From Catajapyx aquilonaris (Eukaryota): a stretch of 63,998 bases of DNA. Each line of letters starts with the position of its first letter. Within the stretch, counting starts at the first letter, position 1. The notes below the pieces were generated by a model that saw nothing but the letters and a program-made list of their open reading frames with translations, was not told where the DNA came from and made no database searches. Of this stretch, positions 42,960-55,398 are shown one piece after another. The stretch lies in assembly GCA_000934665.2 (NCBI GenBank), contig KZ538091.1:1-63998 (forward strand), in the 5' to 3' direction. The position numbers and the translations under genes were made by a program.

Positions 42960-45667
42960 GTAAGTGTGATTTAATCGGTGTTTTTTTTAAATGTAAGTGA
43001 CAAAAGTGCATCGTAAACGACAAGAGATCCGACGCTCAAAAGCAGCAGCTTGCTCGTAAATGCAGGCCAGATATGATTTTTATAACACTCAAACAACCGG
43101 CCATAACATGCAGGAAGGTTGGGGGGTTTAAATTTAATGAGCAGAAAAAAAATGTAAAGTGTTATGGAGCAGTGTGTATTAAAGTTTCTGGCGACATGAG
43201 GCTCATCACATATTAATCTCGGACTAATGGCTAAGAGAATGGACGTTTAATTTTTATCAAATATTTGCCAGATGTTGCATGGTTTTAAAATGTCGTCAGA
43301 GGAAAGGTCAGGGTATGTCTCAGTACATGTGAAACTGCGCATCTGCTCCTTTGAAAGGTACATCTCCATCATATTGCAATTACCATATTCCGTTGCGGTA
43401 TGACAGTTCTTCCCAAGGTCAAGTGAGTGCTCCAACCACACACACTGTATGGGAGTAGCCTACCTTGATAGGTGTTGTATATATAGTGACCACCTGCCTT
43501 TGCTTTAGGTAACAATCTTGGAACCAATATTGTGGCATTCTACAAGGCTTCTAGCTCGAAATACTGGCCTCAGAAGGTCAATTTCTTGCCCGGTAGTTTA
43601 TGACCTCACTTCCCTTATTGCTTTATTGTACTCTGTTGACAAATATGCTTTCTTGAAAACTTTTACTCCTTCCGGTTACGTGGAACGGTTCATGCACTGC
43701 TTCAATAGGCTTTGCTTTGTTTGAAAAGAAAAAAAAGCAATAATCATATAATTGACCAGTAATAGCTGCAGCTCCTTTTGACCTTTGAACTTGAAGTGCA
43801 TTATGTCCTAAAATATCCACGCCGCGGAACGAGTTTTGGCTCAATATTGCTTAATATTTTAAACTGTCCTCCCATGAAATTGAATTGCACTATCATGTAC
43901 AGTGTGAGCTGTCAATTAGTATTATCATTAATAGACAAGCTCTTAATTAATGCAATCTAGCGGCCGAAATTATCACGCCCTGGGTCTATTAATTATTGGT
44001 TACTAAAATGTGATCCCCCACCAGCCCGTGAACTACCTGATATAATCTGGAGTAATTGCAAGGCCATATTAAAACCAACATGTATATCTAACGGCAGGTT
44101 ATCAACTCTAAATTAAGGAGCCAAATCCCTAATTATGTTGGATTGTACTGGGTGGAGCTAGGACAGTAATCAGATTTTTTTGTCACTTGCTTTTATACAA
44201 CCGGACCGTTCAATGAGTTTTGCATGTCCACTTGGCATAGTACTTCATTATAGCTTATTTCAATATAATTGCAATAATATTTCGATTTCAATGTTTAACC
44301 AAGTTAATGCATCAACAATGCAGTTCCTATGTTTCCATTAGTGATTCAATGTTGAAATTAACAGAAAAATTGCTACGTGAATTAATTGACAGACACACAT
44401 GAGGGAAAATGTGTTGTTTCAATTATTGTATAGGTGAAAGGAAAATCATTCAGAATAATGTAGTATGTCCTTATGATTTACATGTTTACTGTGGTGCACT
44501 TAGAAATAAAGGACCAAGCATGCAAGGCTCGTTGACAGTAACAACAGTCAGTTTTGACAACAAAACCAAGGATGCAAGTGGGGCATGCGAGACAGTCCTT
44601 CGACCCTTGAGTTATGTGATAAGTCCAAAGCATTTGGGCAAAGTACCAAGAAGGATGCACCTGAAGAAAGCAAGACCTCTGCCAGGTCATGAAACGGAAC
44701 GATGACATCGCTCGTCACTTTTGTATACCGAACAAAAATTGCATCTATTCTGTTGATGCCCTTCTTTTTAACTGGGTCACTGAGGTCATCATGATTTCCG
44801 ACAGGCATGTGATGATGATGGGGTCTACTTTTAATAGGCAGGTCGCATGCTGGGTGTTTAACACGTGGAAAGTGAAAACGGCGTTGTTGTTGTCGTCGTA
44901 ACCAAATGAAAACAACTGTTTTGACCTACATTTTCAGACAAGCGAAAGCACTGTATATGGGCGACTATTGTCGGCTTTAGTTATTGGGGCTATTGGGATT
45001 TTTCGTCTTATTCGGATCCCTATTGTTCCGGTCTCATTGTTCATTGTACTGCACGCTTGGGAGTGTGTGTAGAAACAATAATCTGCAATCACAATACTTT
45101 GTGTCCATACACAGTCGCAAACATGCGCTGTTCATACTCCAAAATATGTACTTTTTATTACACTTCTGCATAGTACGAAAAACGCAAAATTTCGTGATTA
45201 TGACCCGAGAAAGCTAAAGCTGCAATTAATGTTTTCGTGCATTTCGATTCACACGTTTTTCGCTGTATAATTGAATGTTTAAAAAGTTGTTAATACCTGC
45301 ATGTTTCAAATCAGGCGAAAAAATTTTCCAGAAAGCTGTTTCGCTCCCGATACAAAATTGTTGGCTTTACAAACAGTTAATTAGGCCCGCAACAAACCAT
45401 TTCTTTACAATTTTTACTGAGCACGAAAAAGCAAAAATGGGGAAATTGTCACGGGCGCCAATATGCCGGGGCCTAAAAGTCCAGGGGCGAAACGGCGGGG
45501 GCGAAAAGTCCGGGACGCAACAGATTCTTTTTGTACTTTCAAATAAATTAGTTTTATCATGCATTTAGTCGGGTTTTCAAGTGCAATATACTACATAATA
45601 TCACAACATCAAAGCCGCAGAATTTGGTACTGACCGGTAATCTAAGTTCGTTACAAAAGTAACTTAA

Positions 45668-45811
45668 GGTCCGGTTGCACCGCAGTTCCGGCTGGAAAAT
45701 ATCCTGAAAAGTTTGCTATCCATTGTTAAAGCTGTCAACAATGAATGGAAAAAAAACATACTGGCTGTAGTCCAACCGGAAAATATTTTCTAACTCCGGT
45801 TCAACGGGATC
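45668..45811. mobile_element. Possible degenerate PIF/Harbinger-like MITE
   Basis: taa|GGTCCGGTTGCACC...GGTTCAACGGGATC imperfect inverted ends and an inner inverted pair atccattgtt/aacaatgaat. Confidence 0.35.
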
Positions 45812-48267
45812 GAATTTACATTTATTGTCAGCATGCAAAATTTTCTTATATGCGATTTCCTTCTTAGCTTCACAGGTTTTTATGTATCGGAAATAAGCTA
45901 TTCAATTTTCGAGTCGCACGTAAATCAAATTCACCGTTCGAGTCTTTCATTTTTTAAAAAATAAAATAAAAAAGCACTTCGCATATGATGTCGCAAAAAA
46001 ATGTTTTACGCCTCATTAACCCCACACTCTGACCCTAATTAGCCACACTTGACACCCAAGCACCGGAAGCCCCTTTGAAAAGGCCGGTCCTTAAAATACA
46101 GTTTGAACCTAAAGTTGGGCGAGGTGCAAATATTTTTTTTTTTGGCCACCACCTCAATCCTCCTCTGTGCACAAGTAACCCGCATTAGACGTTCCTAACT
46201 AGTTTCCAGGCACGTACAAGGTCGATGGCCGGTGATAGTAATACAACGGCCCTCAAGGAAAAACTCTCGGCCAGAAAAGCAACCTCCGGACTTACGGAGA
46301 AAAAGCAGCTTCGCTGGAAAAACATGCCCAAAATAACACCTCAAAAAAAAGCAACGCCCCTCTAACCCCCCATGAGCATCGTAATATACGTGTAAATATG
46401 CTCCAAAATGTATATCGAGCCACGAATTTGTGCGAAAATTGAATTCGCATATTCCTATATAAAGAGATTGGTTCATCCTTGATGAAAATTTTGCTGGGTA
46501 AAATAATTGTGTGCCTATAGGATAATAAGTTTCGGTTGGGGCTGGCTGGCAACTTGTCACATCCGAGGCTAGTTTGTGACAGAATAGCTGGGGACCTGGC
46601 TGCTTTAAAAATAGGTCTGCGCACAAGAGACAAAGCCCTTCGTGAGATATAAATGAGAAGAGAGGAGAGAATAATGTTTCGAGAGGAGAGCCTGTGCCAA
46701 ATTTCTTGCAAAATTACGCCCTGCCAGTTTTTGCATGGCCAGCCGCACCATCGGAATCGAGCTATGAATTTATTGCAAGCCTCCAACCTTCTCTTTTCTA
46801 TACTGAAAAGCAGCATCGCGTTAATGAAATTACTCTTCTTTTTTAATACCCTGACTGGAATTCATCAAGCGGTGTTCAAAACAACTTTTTTCGAAATTCC
46901 ATGCCACGAACTTAATCGCTAAATTTTCTGTAAGCATTCCTGGCTAGGTATAATTTGTGCTCGTTTCTTACATCCCCAGGATTTGATAGATATAATTTGC
47001 ATCAGGTTTATGCGCAGTAATTTTATTTTGAGGCGTAAATTTGTGATGATTAAATAGTTCAAATATTTCATATCAACTGTACACATTGTTCACCACAGAA
47101 ATTTCAGGACATTTTCTTGTTCCGGTCTGCATCACATTCCACCCGAACAGTCTGCCACACACAAAAAAATACAGAATAATAGGAAACTGGGCACTTTTTT
47201 TTTCCTAGTCTAGACACGCCAAATCAGAGCACGACATTGACCTTTACTGGAAAATATTCCCGAGAGAAAACGTGCCCAGATCCTTCCAACGGACTTGGAT
47301 GGTGCACCTTTTTTTCCCAAAAGGGTTCAAAAAATTTTAATGGTAAAAAAAAAGGTTAGGCGTGAAGGCCGACAACTCGATGGGAAGTTGCGTTTCTCTA
47401 GTTAGACGCAACTTGAAGGGCGTCATTAGAAGCCTTATGCACGTTTTGCCATAACTTTACTATAGGGGCGCAGACTCTAATTCAGAGACCCAACTTTGCT
47501 AACTTTGGTTTTTGTGTAGGGTACGGGTTCGAAATATTAAAAACGTTCCAAGTTGAAGGTGAAAATTAGTGCAACTCTCGGATGTTGACAAATGGATGGG
47601 TTTGGCAAAAGGAAATGATTAGTCTCAGAAAATTCATCCACACGTGGGCTTTGAAGGGGTCACCCTCTCTGAAAGGTTCCGGGAGTGGAGCCAAAATATA
47701 GGGAATGATTTCCGTGTCAGGCTACAGTCCATTCATCATCTTCATTGACGCCACCTTCGTGAACAGGGTAGGTCAAAAAAATTTTTGAATCATGAGGACG
47801 TCACGTGCACATATGTTCAACAAAAGTACTTACATAATAAAATGTAATAAACACAAAATATCCTAAAAAGGCTTATTATTTCCGTCGGATGTTTGTCCGA
47901 CCTGATAGTATCGCAATCTCTCGCACGATGGCAGGAGTGTGCATAGGCAGTGTGCGCCATCTATGCTTGAAAAATAGTTCTACGTGGTAAATCGGCGGAC
48001 AGTTTCATTAAAGATTGATTTTAACTGTCATACTGATTGCAGATTTTGCCAAATTTTGGCAACGGGTTCACTAGTAGATGAGAATATTGAAACTGCGTAT
48101 GTCTCTTGCTTGCACAGCTGCAGGTATTACAGTACAGTGCTAATGGACGGTTAATCGCATTGGCCCAGTTTCCCGCTTTCAATAATCCCAAAGTGCACTG
48201 TAAATCGTGACCAATCCTCTCCTTCATGACTCTAATTATTATTATTTTTTTTGATTCGAATTTTCAG

Positions 48268-48432
48268 GAACGTCATACATCGCGGGAATAGTGGCAGCTG
48301 TTGGTGTGACAGTGCTGGGAGTTTACTGCATCATGAGTCTCCTGCAGCTTTCCATGCTGCTCTCAAGGGAAAGGATATGCATGAACTACAACACTGTCAT
48401 GCTGCTCAAAGTGGTCATCAGTGTTGCTGCCA
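48268..48432 (+). CDS. Claudin/PMP22-like protein, coding exon 3
   Basis: ttttcag...gtaagt; GTSYIAGIVAAVGVTVLGVYCIMSLLQLSMLLSRERICMNYNTVMLLKVVISVAA (TM2 and start of TM3); 165 nt, phase 1-1. Confidence 0.88.
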
Positions 48433-48503
48433 GTAAGTTGACAACAATGCAAAAAAAATTGTTAGGACCACGTTTGATTGTACTAATCTGTGTAATTTTC
48501 CAG

Positions 48504-48601
48504 CTTTGACGGCGATATTGGCTGCGGGCATCTTCTCCATCCAAAAAGATGACCGGTTGCACGGGTACACCATCAAACGAGGGGTCTCCTTCTACCTCCA
48601 G
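48504..48601 (+). CDS. Claudin/PMP22-like protein, coding exon 4
   Basis: Preceded by a 71-nt intron with a tactaat branch site and ttttccag acceptor; TLTAILAAGIFSIQKDDRLHGYTIKRGVSFYLQ (G-x-SFYL motif before TM4); phase-0 donor. Confidence 0.88.
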
Positions 48602-49231
48602 GTATAATATTTTGTGGTAAATAGGGTAGTACTTGTGCGTCCAACCCAGGAGCCACTCAATTCCCTAGCAATTTAGCAGGAAAATTTTAGCACACAAGAG
48701 ATGAGTAGCTGCGCAAAATCCTATCATAAGCGAGCTATCCTATAGTTAATTAGCGTCCCCAAAATTCAAATCTCGCAGGCTGCAATGGAAACAATGGCCC
48801 TGTGTTGATAAGCTCGCAAACATGGGTTGACGTTAAGAAAACTTTGCTATCAGACGCAGCACGTCTTCTTCATTTTTTTCCCCTATGGAAATATCTGAAT
48901 GATTGCGCTAATGGTACCTTTGCCATTTCCAGAACTCGAGGGAGAGAGTAAATTCGATTTGCATACTGATGCAAACGAATATTTTATTCCCTTTTTTGGT
49001 TCAAGCAAACCGATCTGTCAGCTTCTCAAATAAATCACTTTGTTATTAACGACATGCGCAAAGTTACAACTTTTTCAGACATTTTTCATCGGAAAAAAAG
49101 CTGTCAGCCTAATTTCTCGCTGCCCAATGAAAAAAAAGTCGACACGAATCACGCTCCAAAAGTCGACTCGAATCGCGCTCGCGTGATTTGCCAATATAAA
49201 CTGGTGTACTTATACATGTCGTGTTTTTCAG

Positions 49232-49765
49232 ATTGCCCTCATCTTCACCAACTTCTTCCTGGGCGTGCTGTCCGCTTATGACCTCGTGTTCTCACGAAGG
49301 GTCGGAGGTGACCCCACGGTGCTTGGCATGGACCCTGAGGGCAGTCGTGCCACCACCATAGTGAACCCAGGGTTTGGAGAGGACCCCCCTGGAAGCAGGT
49401 CTGGTCGAAGCAGAGGCACGAGCACTGGAAGGGACAGTCCTGACCGGGCAGGTCGACCCAGGCCGCATGTGTCAGTGACCAAAACCAGCGGAGAGCCCTT
49501 CTATCCAGGAGGATCCAGAGGGCACAAGCAGGGCACGAACGGTGTGACCAATGGAAGTGTCAGCAGCGTGACCCCTTCCAACGGGTCATTGGGAAGCATC
49601 AGTTCGACCGGTCCTCTCAGGTCGAGCATGAAGAAGCCAAAGCCCAAGCCGGTTGAAGACGCTTTTGGCATACCCAACCCTGGGTTCAATCCCACCTCGC
49701 CGTCTCTCAACAGGAACGGAAGTGTTAAGAAAGTGAGGATAGACACCAGAAGCACTGAGGTGTGA
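49232..49765 (+). CDS. Claudin/PMP22-like protein, coding exon 5 (TM4 plus long S/G/P-rich cytoplasmic tail ending in STEV)
   Basis: Acceptor gtttttcag; IALIFTNFFLGVLSAYDLVFSRR continues into ORF 49265..49765; total spliced CDS 1014 nt = 337 aa. Confidence 0.9.
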   Translation: MALIFTNFFLGVLSAYDLVFSRRVGGDPTVLGMDPEGSRATTIVNPGFGEDPPGSRSGRSRGTSTGRDSPDRAGRPRPHVSVTKTSGEPFYPGGSRGHKQGTNGVTNGSVSSVTPSNGSLGSISSTGPLRSSMKKPKPKPVEDAFGIPNPGFNPTSPSLNRNGSVKKVRIDTRSTEV

Positions 49766-51955
49766 CCAGACAGATTTGTTTTTAATAGATGAACTAAAGT
49801 CACAAATAATTATATAATGACCGATTTGGGCAAGTCAAAAGTGATGAAGCATTTCAAGGCAGATCCAGGAGCTGGTTGGTGGTTTTTAATAGGAGGAAAA
49901 AAATAGCTGGTTTCTAACGGTACTGTTAATCTAAAAATCAGTAGTTCCACTGTCATATTACATAAATTGTCAAATGGCAGGTGCCTAGCTGACCTCACAA
50001 GTATGAAGGCCTTTCAACAACATTAAATGCAATGATGTCCTCTCTTTAATGTGATGGACATGACAGATACTGTTGGAAATTTGCTATTTAGTTAAATCCT
50101 GATATCCATTACTGCTGTTTGGTATCAGCAGGATTTTGCACTAAGCCTTCGCTGAACATTCATGGATGTGCCGATAAATCAAATACTGGAACCAAAAAGC
50201 TGGGATAGGATTTTTGGGGTGTGCAAATATCTCCAATTAAAACATAAAATGAATAAATCTTCCCCCGCAAGTTATTCACGGCTAACCAGTGTACAGTAAC
50301 GCTTAAAAAGTTACAGACATCTACGACCAAATTGTCAACAAAAGAGAAATCTGCAGCGTATTTTTGCTCTTGCTTTGCCCGATTTTTTGACCAAACTTGT
50401 TGTAACTAAGGTGCTTGAAGAAACCAATGTTTCAATACTTGTTATTATGATTCTCTGGAAAGACAGATGCAGCTTGTTGTTTGTACGCGTGCGACTTGTT
50501 TGTGTGATACCTTTTCGTCGGTGTGGAGGTTATACGACTAATTATTGTTCCAAGAGTGTCCCTTTTTCCTTCCAGGCACACCCAACCATTTTATTTCATG
50601 TGCTATATGGGTTTTTTTTTTGACAAGTCATCATCCGAAATGTATAGTTCATGTAATTGCAGTGTAACATTTGTTATCGTTGGTCTCGATATGTCCGTAG
50701 TGGGCAGTGATTGGAAACACAGTGTAATGGAATAATTTACATATTGATAAGAGTAGCGTTATTTTTCGGGTGTCGGTTGTGCTTGTGTTTTCTTTTCTAA
50801 AAAAGAATATGCAGGTAGAAAAAAGTTCTTGCAGATTTTATGTCACAGATGCATTATGTCATTTAAACTTTTTTTTTCTTCACATACACATAGAGTTAGA
50901 TTTTGTACAGAAAATTTTTATTGCTATATTAAAAATGCAAGACAGGACATCACAAACCAGAATCGATGTTTTGTGGACGTTACTGGATTTTTTAAAAATG
51001 TGCCGAGGTCACAACGTTGTGAGATTGTGTTAATGTTCTTGATGTACAAGAATAAACTTTGCCTAAGATGTTAATGAGGATTATGCCCATGGCCGGACCA
51101 AGGGTTTATTTTGCAAGAAGGAAACAAACATTGAGCACTTTTGAGTAGGTATGAGTTAGTCATTATTGTGATTATGAGGTCTAGCCATAGGCTATTTTTC
51201 ATTAACCTGAAAAGAAAGAAATCAATTGACATAGATTTGGAATAATTGTTATTGTTATTTAGATTATTATTATTATTATTATTGTACATTATGGATTACT
51301 AGTAGAGTGGAAAAGGTATAATTGAATAATAGAGCACGCTATTAAACAATAAAGTTTCACATATTTTTCAGAAGGACTGGTTTTCTTTCTATTTTCAACA
51401 GCACCATTCCATCATCTTGTAATTGGAGACTTCTTGTTATATATGGAAGCGAAATCAATTCAAGTGTAATAATTTGCCATTATATTTTTTGTAAGTTGAA
51501 GCCAAAATTGTACGCATTTCTCGGAATAATTGATTTACCCTAATTATTATTGATAATTATTATTCGATGGCTGCCATGTAAGAGATTGATGCCATGCAGC
51601 TGCATGCAGCAATGTAGTGTAATATAATATAACTATCGTAATTATTTGGACAATGATTTTGCAGATCAAAAAATTCAATGATTCTATTGATTTTTGATTC
51701 GAATTCAACAAACATTGTTGCCAGATTTCCCCAATTCGAAAACCGGTTAAAATCAAACAAAAAAGTGAGATCATACAAGTTGTACAGTATAATTGCATTG
51801 TTATGTGCTACATAAATTATTAGTTGCTCATTTAATCAGAAAAAAAATTGGAAGGAATCGGCTGCGTCCGGATTTGGAGTGACTCGTCATGTGGTTGTGT
51901 CCGAATATGCGCAGAAGGAAAAGGACCGCAATCGACGGTCGTCGGAACGCACCCA

Positions 51956-51987
51956 AGATGGCGGCTGCTCCATTAACCGTCACCTGA
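51956..51987 (+). promoter_or_regulatory. YY1/Pho-type motif (AAGATGGCGGC) overlapping a 9-codon upstream ORF in the probable IDS 5' leader
   Basis: caagATGGCGGCTGCTCCATTAACCGTCACCTGA lies in a CpG-rich patch 50-80 nt upstream of the IDS ATG. Confidence 0.45.
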
Positions 51988-52035
51988 GTTGCTTTCTTTT
52001 CTTCAAAATCCTGCAAATTTGATCGGCCTAGAGAG

Positions 52036-52078
52036 ATGGTACCCTCGCAGGAAGTTGTGGCTTGCATACTACTAGCAG
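52036..52078 (+). CDS. IDS: Iduronate-2-sulfatase, exon 1 (signal peptide)
   Basis: MVPSQEVVACILLA plus phase-1 donor gtaagt; a 69-nt intron joins it in frame to exon 2. Confidence 0.8.
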
Positions 52079-52147
52079 GTAAGTACAAGTCACAAGGGTT
52101 GTTATTTATCAATTGTGAGTAAATAAGGCTTGAGTTTTTTTTTTCAG

Positions 52148-52314
52148 TCTGGTTGCAGTTGGTGCAGAGTGAGAATAAGAGGAAGAATGTCCTTTTTGTG
52201 GTGGTGGATGACCTTCGACCTGCCCTTGGATGCTACGGGGACACACAGGCGGTCACACCAAACATTGATGCGTTTTCCAAGATAGCTGTCCAATTTAACA
52301 GGGCTTACGCACAG
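52148..52314 (+). CDS. IDS: Iduronate-2-sulfatase, exon 2
   Basis: [56 protein letters not shown], the sulfatase N-terminal NVLF..DDLRP/TPNID motif; ttttcag acceptor, gtatgt donor. Confidence 0.95.
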
Positions 52315-52547
52315 GTATGTCGACAGGTTTGGAACTGGTGCAATAGAGAAAGGTCTGACAATGCTTTTAAAAATTACTGATATCAATTGATGCCCATAAT
52401 AGTCTCGAACAAGTCAGTGATAAAAATATGACCCTGATAACTACATTGGATTTAATGGTTAGAATTTAATTTTTAAAAACATATGGTGGAATTTTCCTCC
52501 CACTGCTAGTTACTGCTAACTTACCAGTACCAATGTTGGTAGTGGTA

Positions 52548-52709
52548 CAGTGTTTGACATTAATCGAGTTGTACTGCTAGCGACATTTTCCAAAGCGGGA
52601 GAAGAATAAATCGAAGCAATGGATAGTACAAGCTCTGTGAGCAAGATTCGTTCTTCTGCCGCTTCGGAAAATGTCGCTACCAGTACGATTTGATTAATGT
52701 CCAACACTG
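52548..52709. mobile_element. Tc1/mariner-type MITE in IDS intron 2
   Basis: TA|CAGTG...CACTG|TA; ~65-bp imperfect TIRs (52548-52612 and 52645-52709). Confidence 0.85.
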
Positions 52710-53315
52710 TACTGCTATTAGCTGTAATGTTGCTAAGTTGGAAGTTGGACACTTTTTCCCTCTTTAAGTTGGACAAGTGTAGTGCAATTTCACATTTACT
52801 CTACTATTCTCGTTTTTCCACCAAAAAACATGAGCCGTGCTCAGCTCTGCGTACATTTGTCTTCAGGTGATATTGTCACCTATATGACAACATCCTGACA
52901 AAAGAGGATGAATATGGTGTCAATGCACATGAGGTACTGTAGCAGGTACTGCGGGACACACAAAGTAAATCGCCAGAAGATGAATGCACTGTAAATCCTA
53001 GTTGCGACATTAAACTATCTGGATGCCCTTTGAGTGCATGAAAATTAGAACTTTACATGCCACTCTTATTGAGGTCATTTCTGCTGCCCAAAAGAAAATT
53101 GACATTTCTCTGATTAAACCAGTCACTTGTTACCGATTTATGAACCAAAAAGTAGGCCAGTTTCAGAAATTTCACATACACTGCCGAGTACACTGCACTG
53201 TACTGTACCGAAAATAAGAAAACATGCACTGGAAGTTGATTGCTGGATGATTAATGTACAGTGCAGTAGGCTACTTGCTTGTACATTGCTGTACTGCACT
53301 TTGAAATATGCAAGT

Positions 53316-53401
53316 GATTGAAATCCTAGTATGTTGGACACCTCCCTATGTTGGACAATTTTCTTGGAACGGTCAGTGTCCAACATACACAGGTTTCACT
53401 G
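53316..53401. mobile_element. Very short pogo/Tigger-like MITE remnant
   Basis: tgaaatcctagtatgttggacac...gtgtccaacatacacaggtttcactg inverted ends, with an internal direct repeat tatgttggaca. Confidence 0.6.
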
Positions 53402-53516
53402 GACAATAGTAGCCCAAAAAATGCAGTGAAAGTGAAAATAATGCATGACAATTGCTACCACTGTAATATTGCTAGTTCCTTAAAATGTTTTCCACATTAC
53501 GGTGACAGTGAATATA

Positions 53517-53694
53517 CAGTTGAATCAGGGTGTAACATACTTCAAGGGACAGCGGAAATCGATCTGTTATAGCCGAATACACAAACCATATAACAATATA
53601 ACATTATGGAAGTATGCCGGGACCGCCCTTTCGAGTCTGTTACATATAACTGAAAGTCTGTCATAGCCGAGGCTGTTATATCCAGATTAAACTG
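53517..53694. mobile_element. pogo/Tigger-like MITE
   Basis: TA|CAGTTGAATCAGGGTGTAAC...GTTATATCCAGATTAAACTG|TA, with subterminal repeats gttatagccga/gtcatagccga. Confidence 0.75.
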
Positions 53695-53988
53695 TAACTG
53701 AAAAGCTCTGCATTAGCAAGGTGTCACAAAGTGGAGCAGATGAAATCACTATACTCTCTAACAAATATATGAAAAACATTTTACATGGAAATTACAATCC
53801 GTTTACATAATGTCAAATTATTTCAAATTCATGTGAATGCACCTTCTATAGTAATGACAACAAGGATGATGATAACGACAACAAACTCATAATTAATACT
53901 GCAGTATTGACTAATTAGTTGGCAAGTTACTATTCATTGCTAATTTACAGTACAATTTCAAGTAATTTACATCTGGTTTTAATTGCAG

Positions 53989-55398
53989 CAAGCATTATGT
54001 GGCCCCAGCAGAACGTCATTTCTCACCAGCCGAAGACCTGACACACTCTGTCTGTACGATGTTGGCAGCTATTGGCGCAGATCAGCTGGGAACTTCACCA
54101 CCATTCCGCAGTACTTCAAAGACAGTGGATACACCACATATTCCGTTGGGAAAGTATTTCATCCTGGAATTGTCTCTGGCCACAACGACGACATGCCTTT
54201 CAGTTGGTCTGCTCCTGCGTATCATCCTCCAAGCCAAAAGTTCAAAAATGACCCCGTCTGTGTCTCCACATGGGATGGCCGACTTCATACCAATATTGTT
54301 TGCCCTGTGGATACCTGGAAGCAACCTTTTCAAACCCTCCCAGACCTGCAGTCGTTAGAGAGGGCCCGTCAATTCATCCAAAACCAGTCTGACACCACCC
54401 CATTTTTTCTTGCCGTTGGTTTCCACAAGCCCCACATCCCTCTCAAGTACCCTTGGGAGTACCTGTTTCTGCATCCTTTGGCTAATGTTCCCTTACCGCC
54501 TGATCCGACAAGACCTAAGAAAATGCCTGTGGTAGCTTGGAATCCGTGGAATGACCTGCGGAAGAGAGATGACATATCCAGGCTCAATCTTAGCTTCCCA
54601 TTTGGTCCCATGCCTGATGAGGAATCGAAGCTTATCCGGCAAAGTTATTATGCGGCAACGTCTTACATGGATGACTTATTCGGGCGTTTGCTGTCGCAAC
54701 TGAGCCAGAGTGGGTTTCTTAACAATACAGTGGTGGTGCTCCTGGGTGATCACGGATGGTCCCTTGGAGAGCACCAAGAGTGGTCAAAATACAGCAATTT
54801 TGAAGTCAGCGTACGTGTACCACTGCTGATATACCCATCTGGCATCACAAACTTTACCTACTTTACACCATTTGGTGCTAACAAGCATGCCACGACTGCA
54901 AGCGGAAAATCTACTGATGCTTTAGTAGAATTGGTCGATCTCTTTCCAACCCTGGCCGACTTAGCAGGACTTCAGGTCCCACCAGTTTGTCCGCTTTATT
55001 CACGTAAAGTAGACTTGTGCACTGAAGGTGTCAGCCTTGCCCCGTTGGTGCGAGGTACAGGCACCACACTTGGTAAATACGCATTTAGTCAATTCCCTCG
55101 CCCATCCTTGCATCCATCAGTGAAACCCGACAGTGACCAACCAAAGCGGAAGGACATTAACATTATGGGCTACTCCATACGCACCCAAAGGTATCGTTAC
55201 ACAAGATGGGTTAGGTTCAACCACACTACATGTGAGCCATATCAATACCAAGTTGTGGCGTCTGAACTTTATGACCACGTGAGTGATCCTCTAGAAGATC
55301 ATAACATGGCGGATGCCAAGTCGTACAAGGCTGTGAGTGAAAAATTGCAATCAAAGTTATGGAAAGGTCTCGGCAAAAATGGTTATCCATATGCTTAA
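53989..55398 (+). CDS. IDS: Iduronate-2-sulfatase, exon 3 (1410 nt)
   Basis: QALCGPSRTS (CxPSR formylglycine motif), GKVFHPG, FFLAVGFHKPHIP, DHGWSLGEHQEWSKYSNF, MGYSIRT, ELYDH..DPLE; total CDS 1620 nt = 539 aa. Confidence 0.96.
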   Translation, partial: QALCGPSRTSFLTSRRPDTLCLYDVGSYWRRSAGNFTTIPQYFKDSGYTTYSVGKVFHPGIVSGHNDDMPFSWSAPAYHPPSQKFKNDPVCVSTWDGRLHTNIVCPVDTWKQPFQTLPDLQSLERARQFIQNQSDTTPFFLAVGFHKPHIPLKYPWEYLFLHPLANVPLPPDPTRPKKMPVVAWNPWNDLRKRDDISRLNLSFPFGPMPDEESKLIRQSYYAATSYMDDLFGRLLSQLSQSGFLNNTVVVLLGDHGWSLGEHQEWSKYSNFEVSVRVPLLIYPSGITNFTYFTPFGANKHATTASGKSTDALVELVDLFPTLADLAGLQVPPVCPLYSRKVDLCTEGVSLAPLVRGTGTTLGKYAFSQFPRPSLHPSVKPDSDQPKRKDINIMGYSIRTQRYRYTRWVRFNHTTCEPYQYQVVASELYDHVSDPLEDHNMADAKSYKAVSEKLQSKLWKGLGKNGYPYA

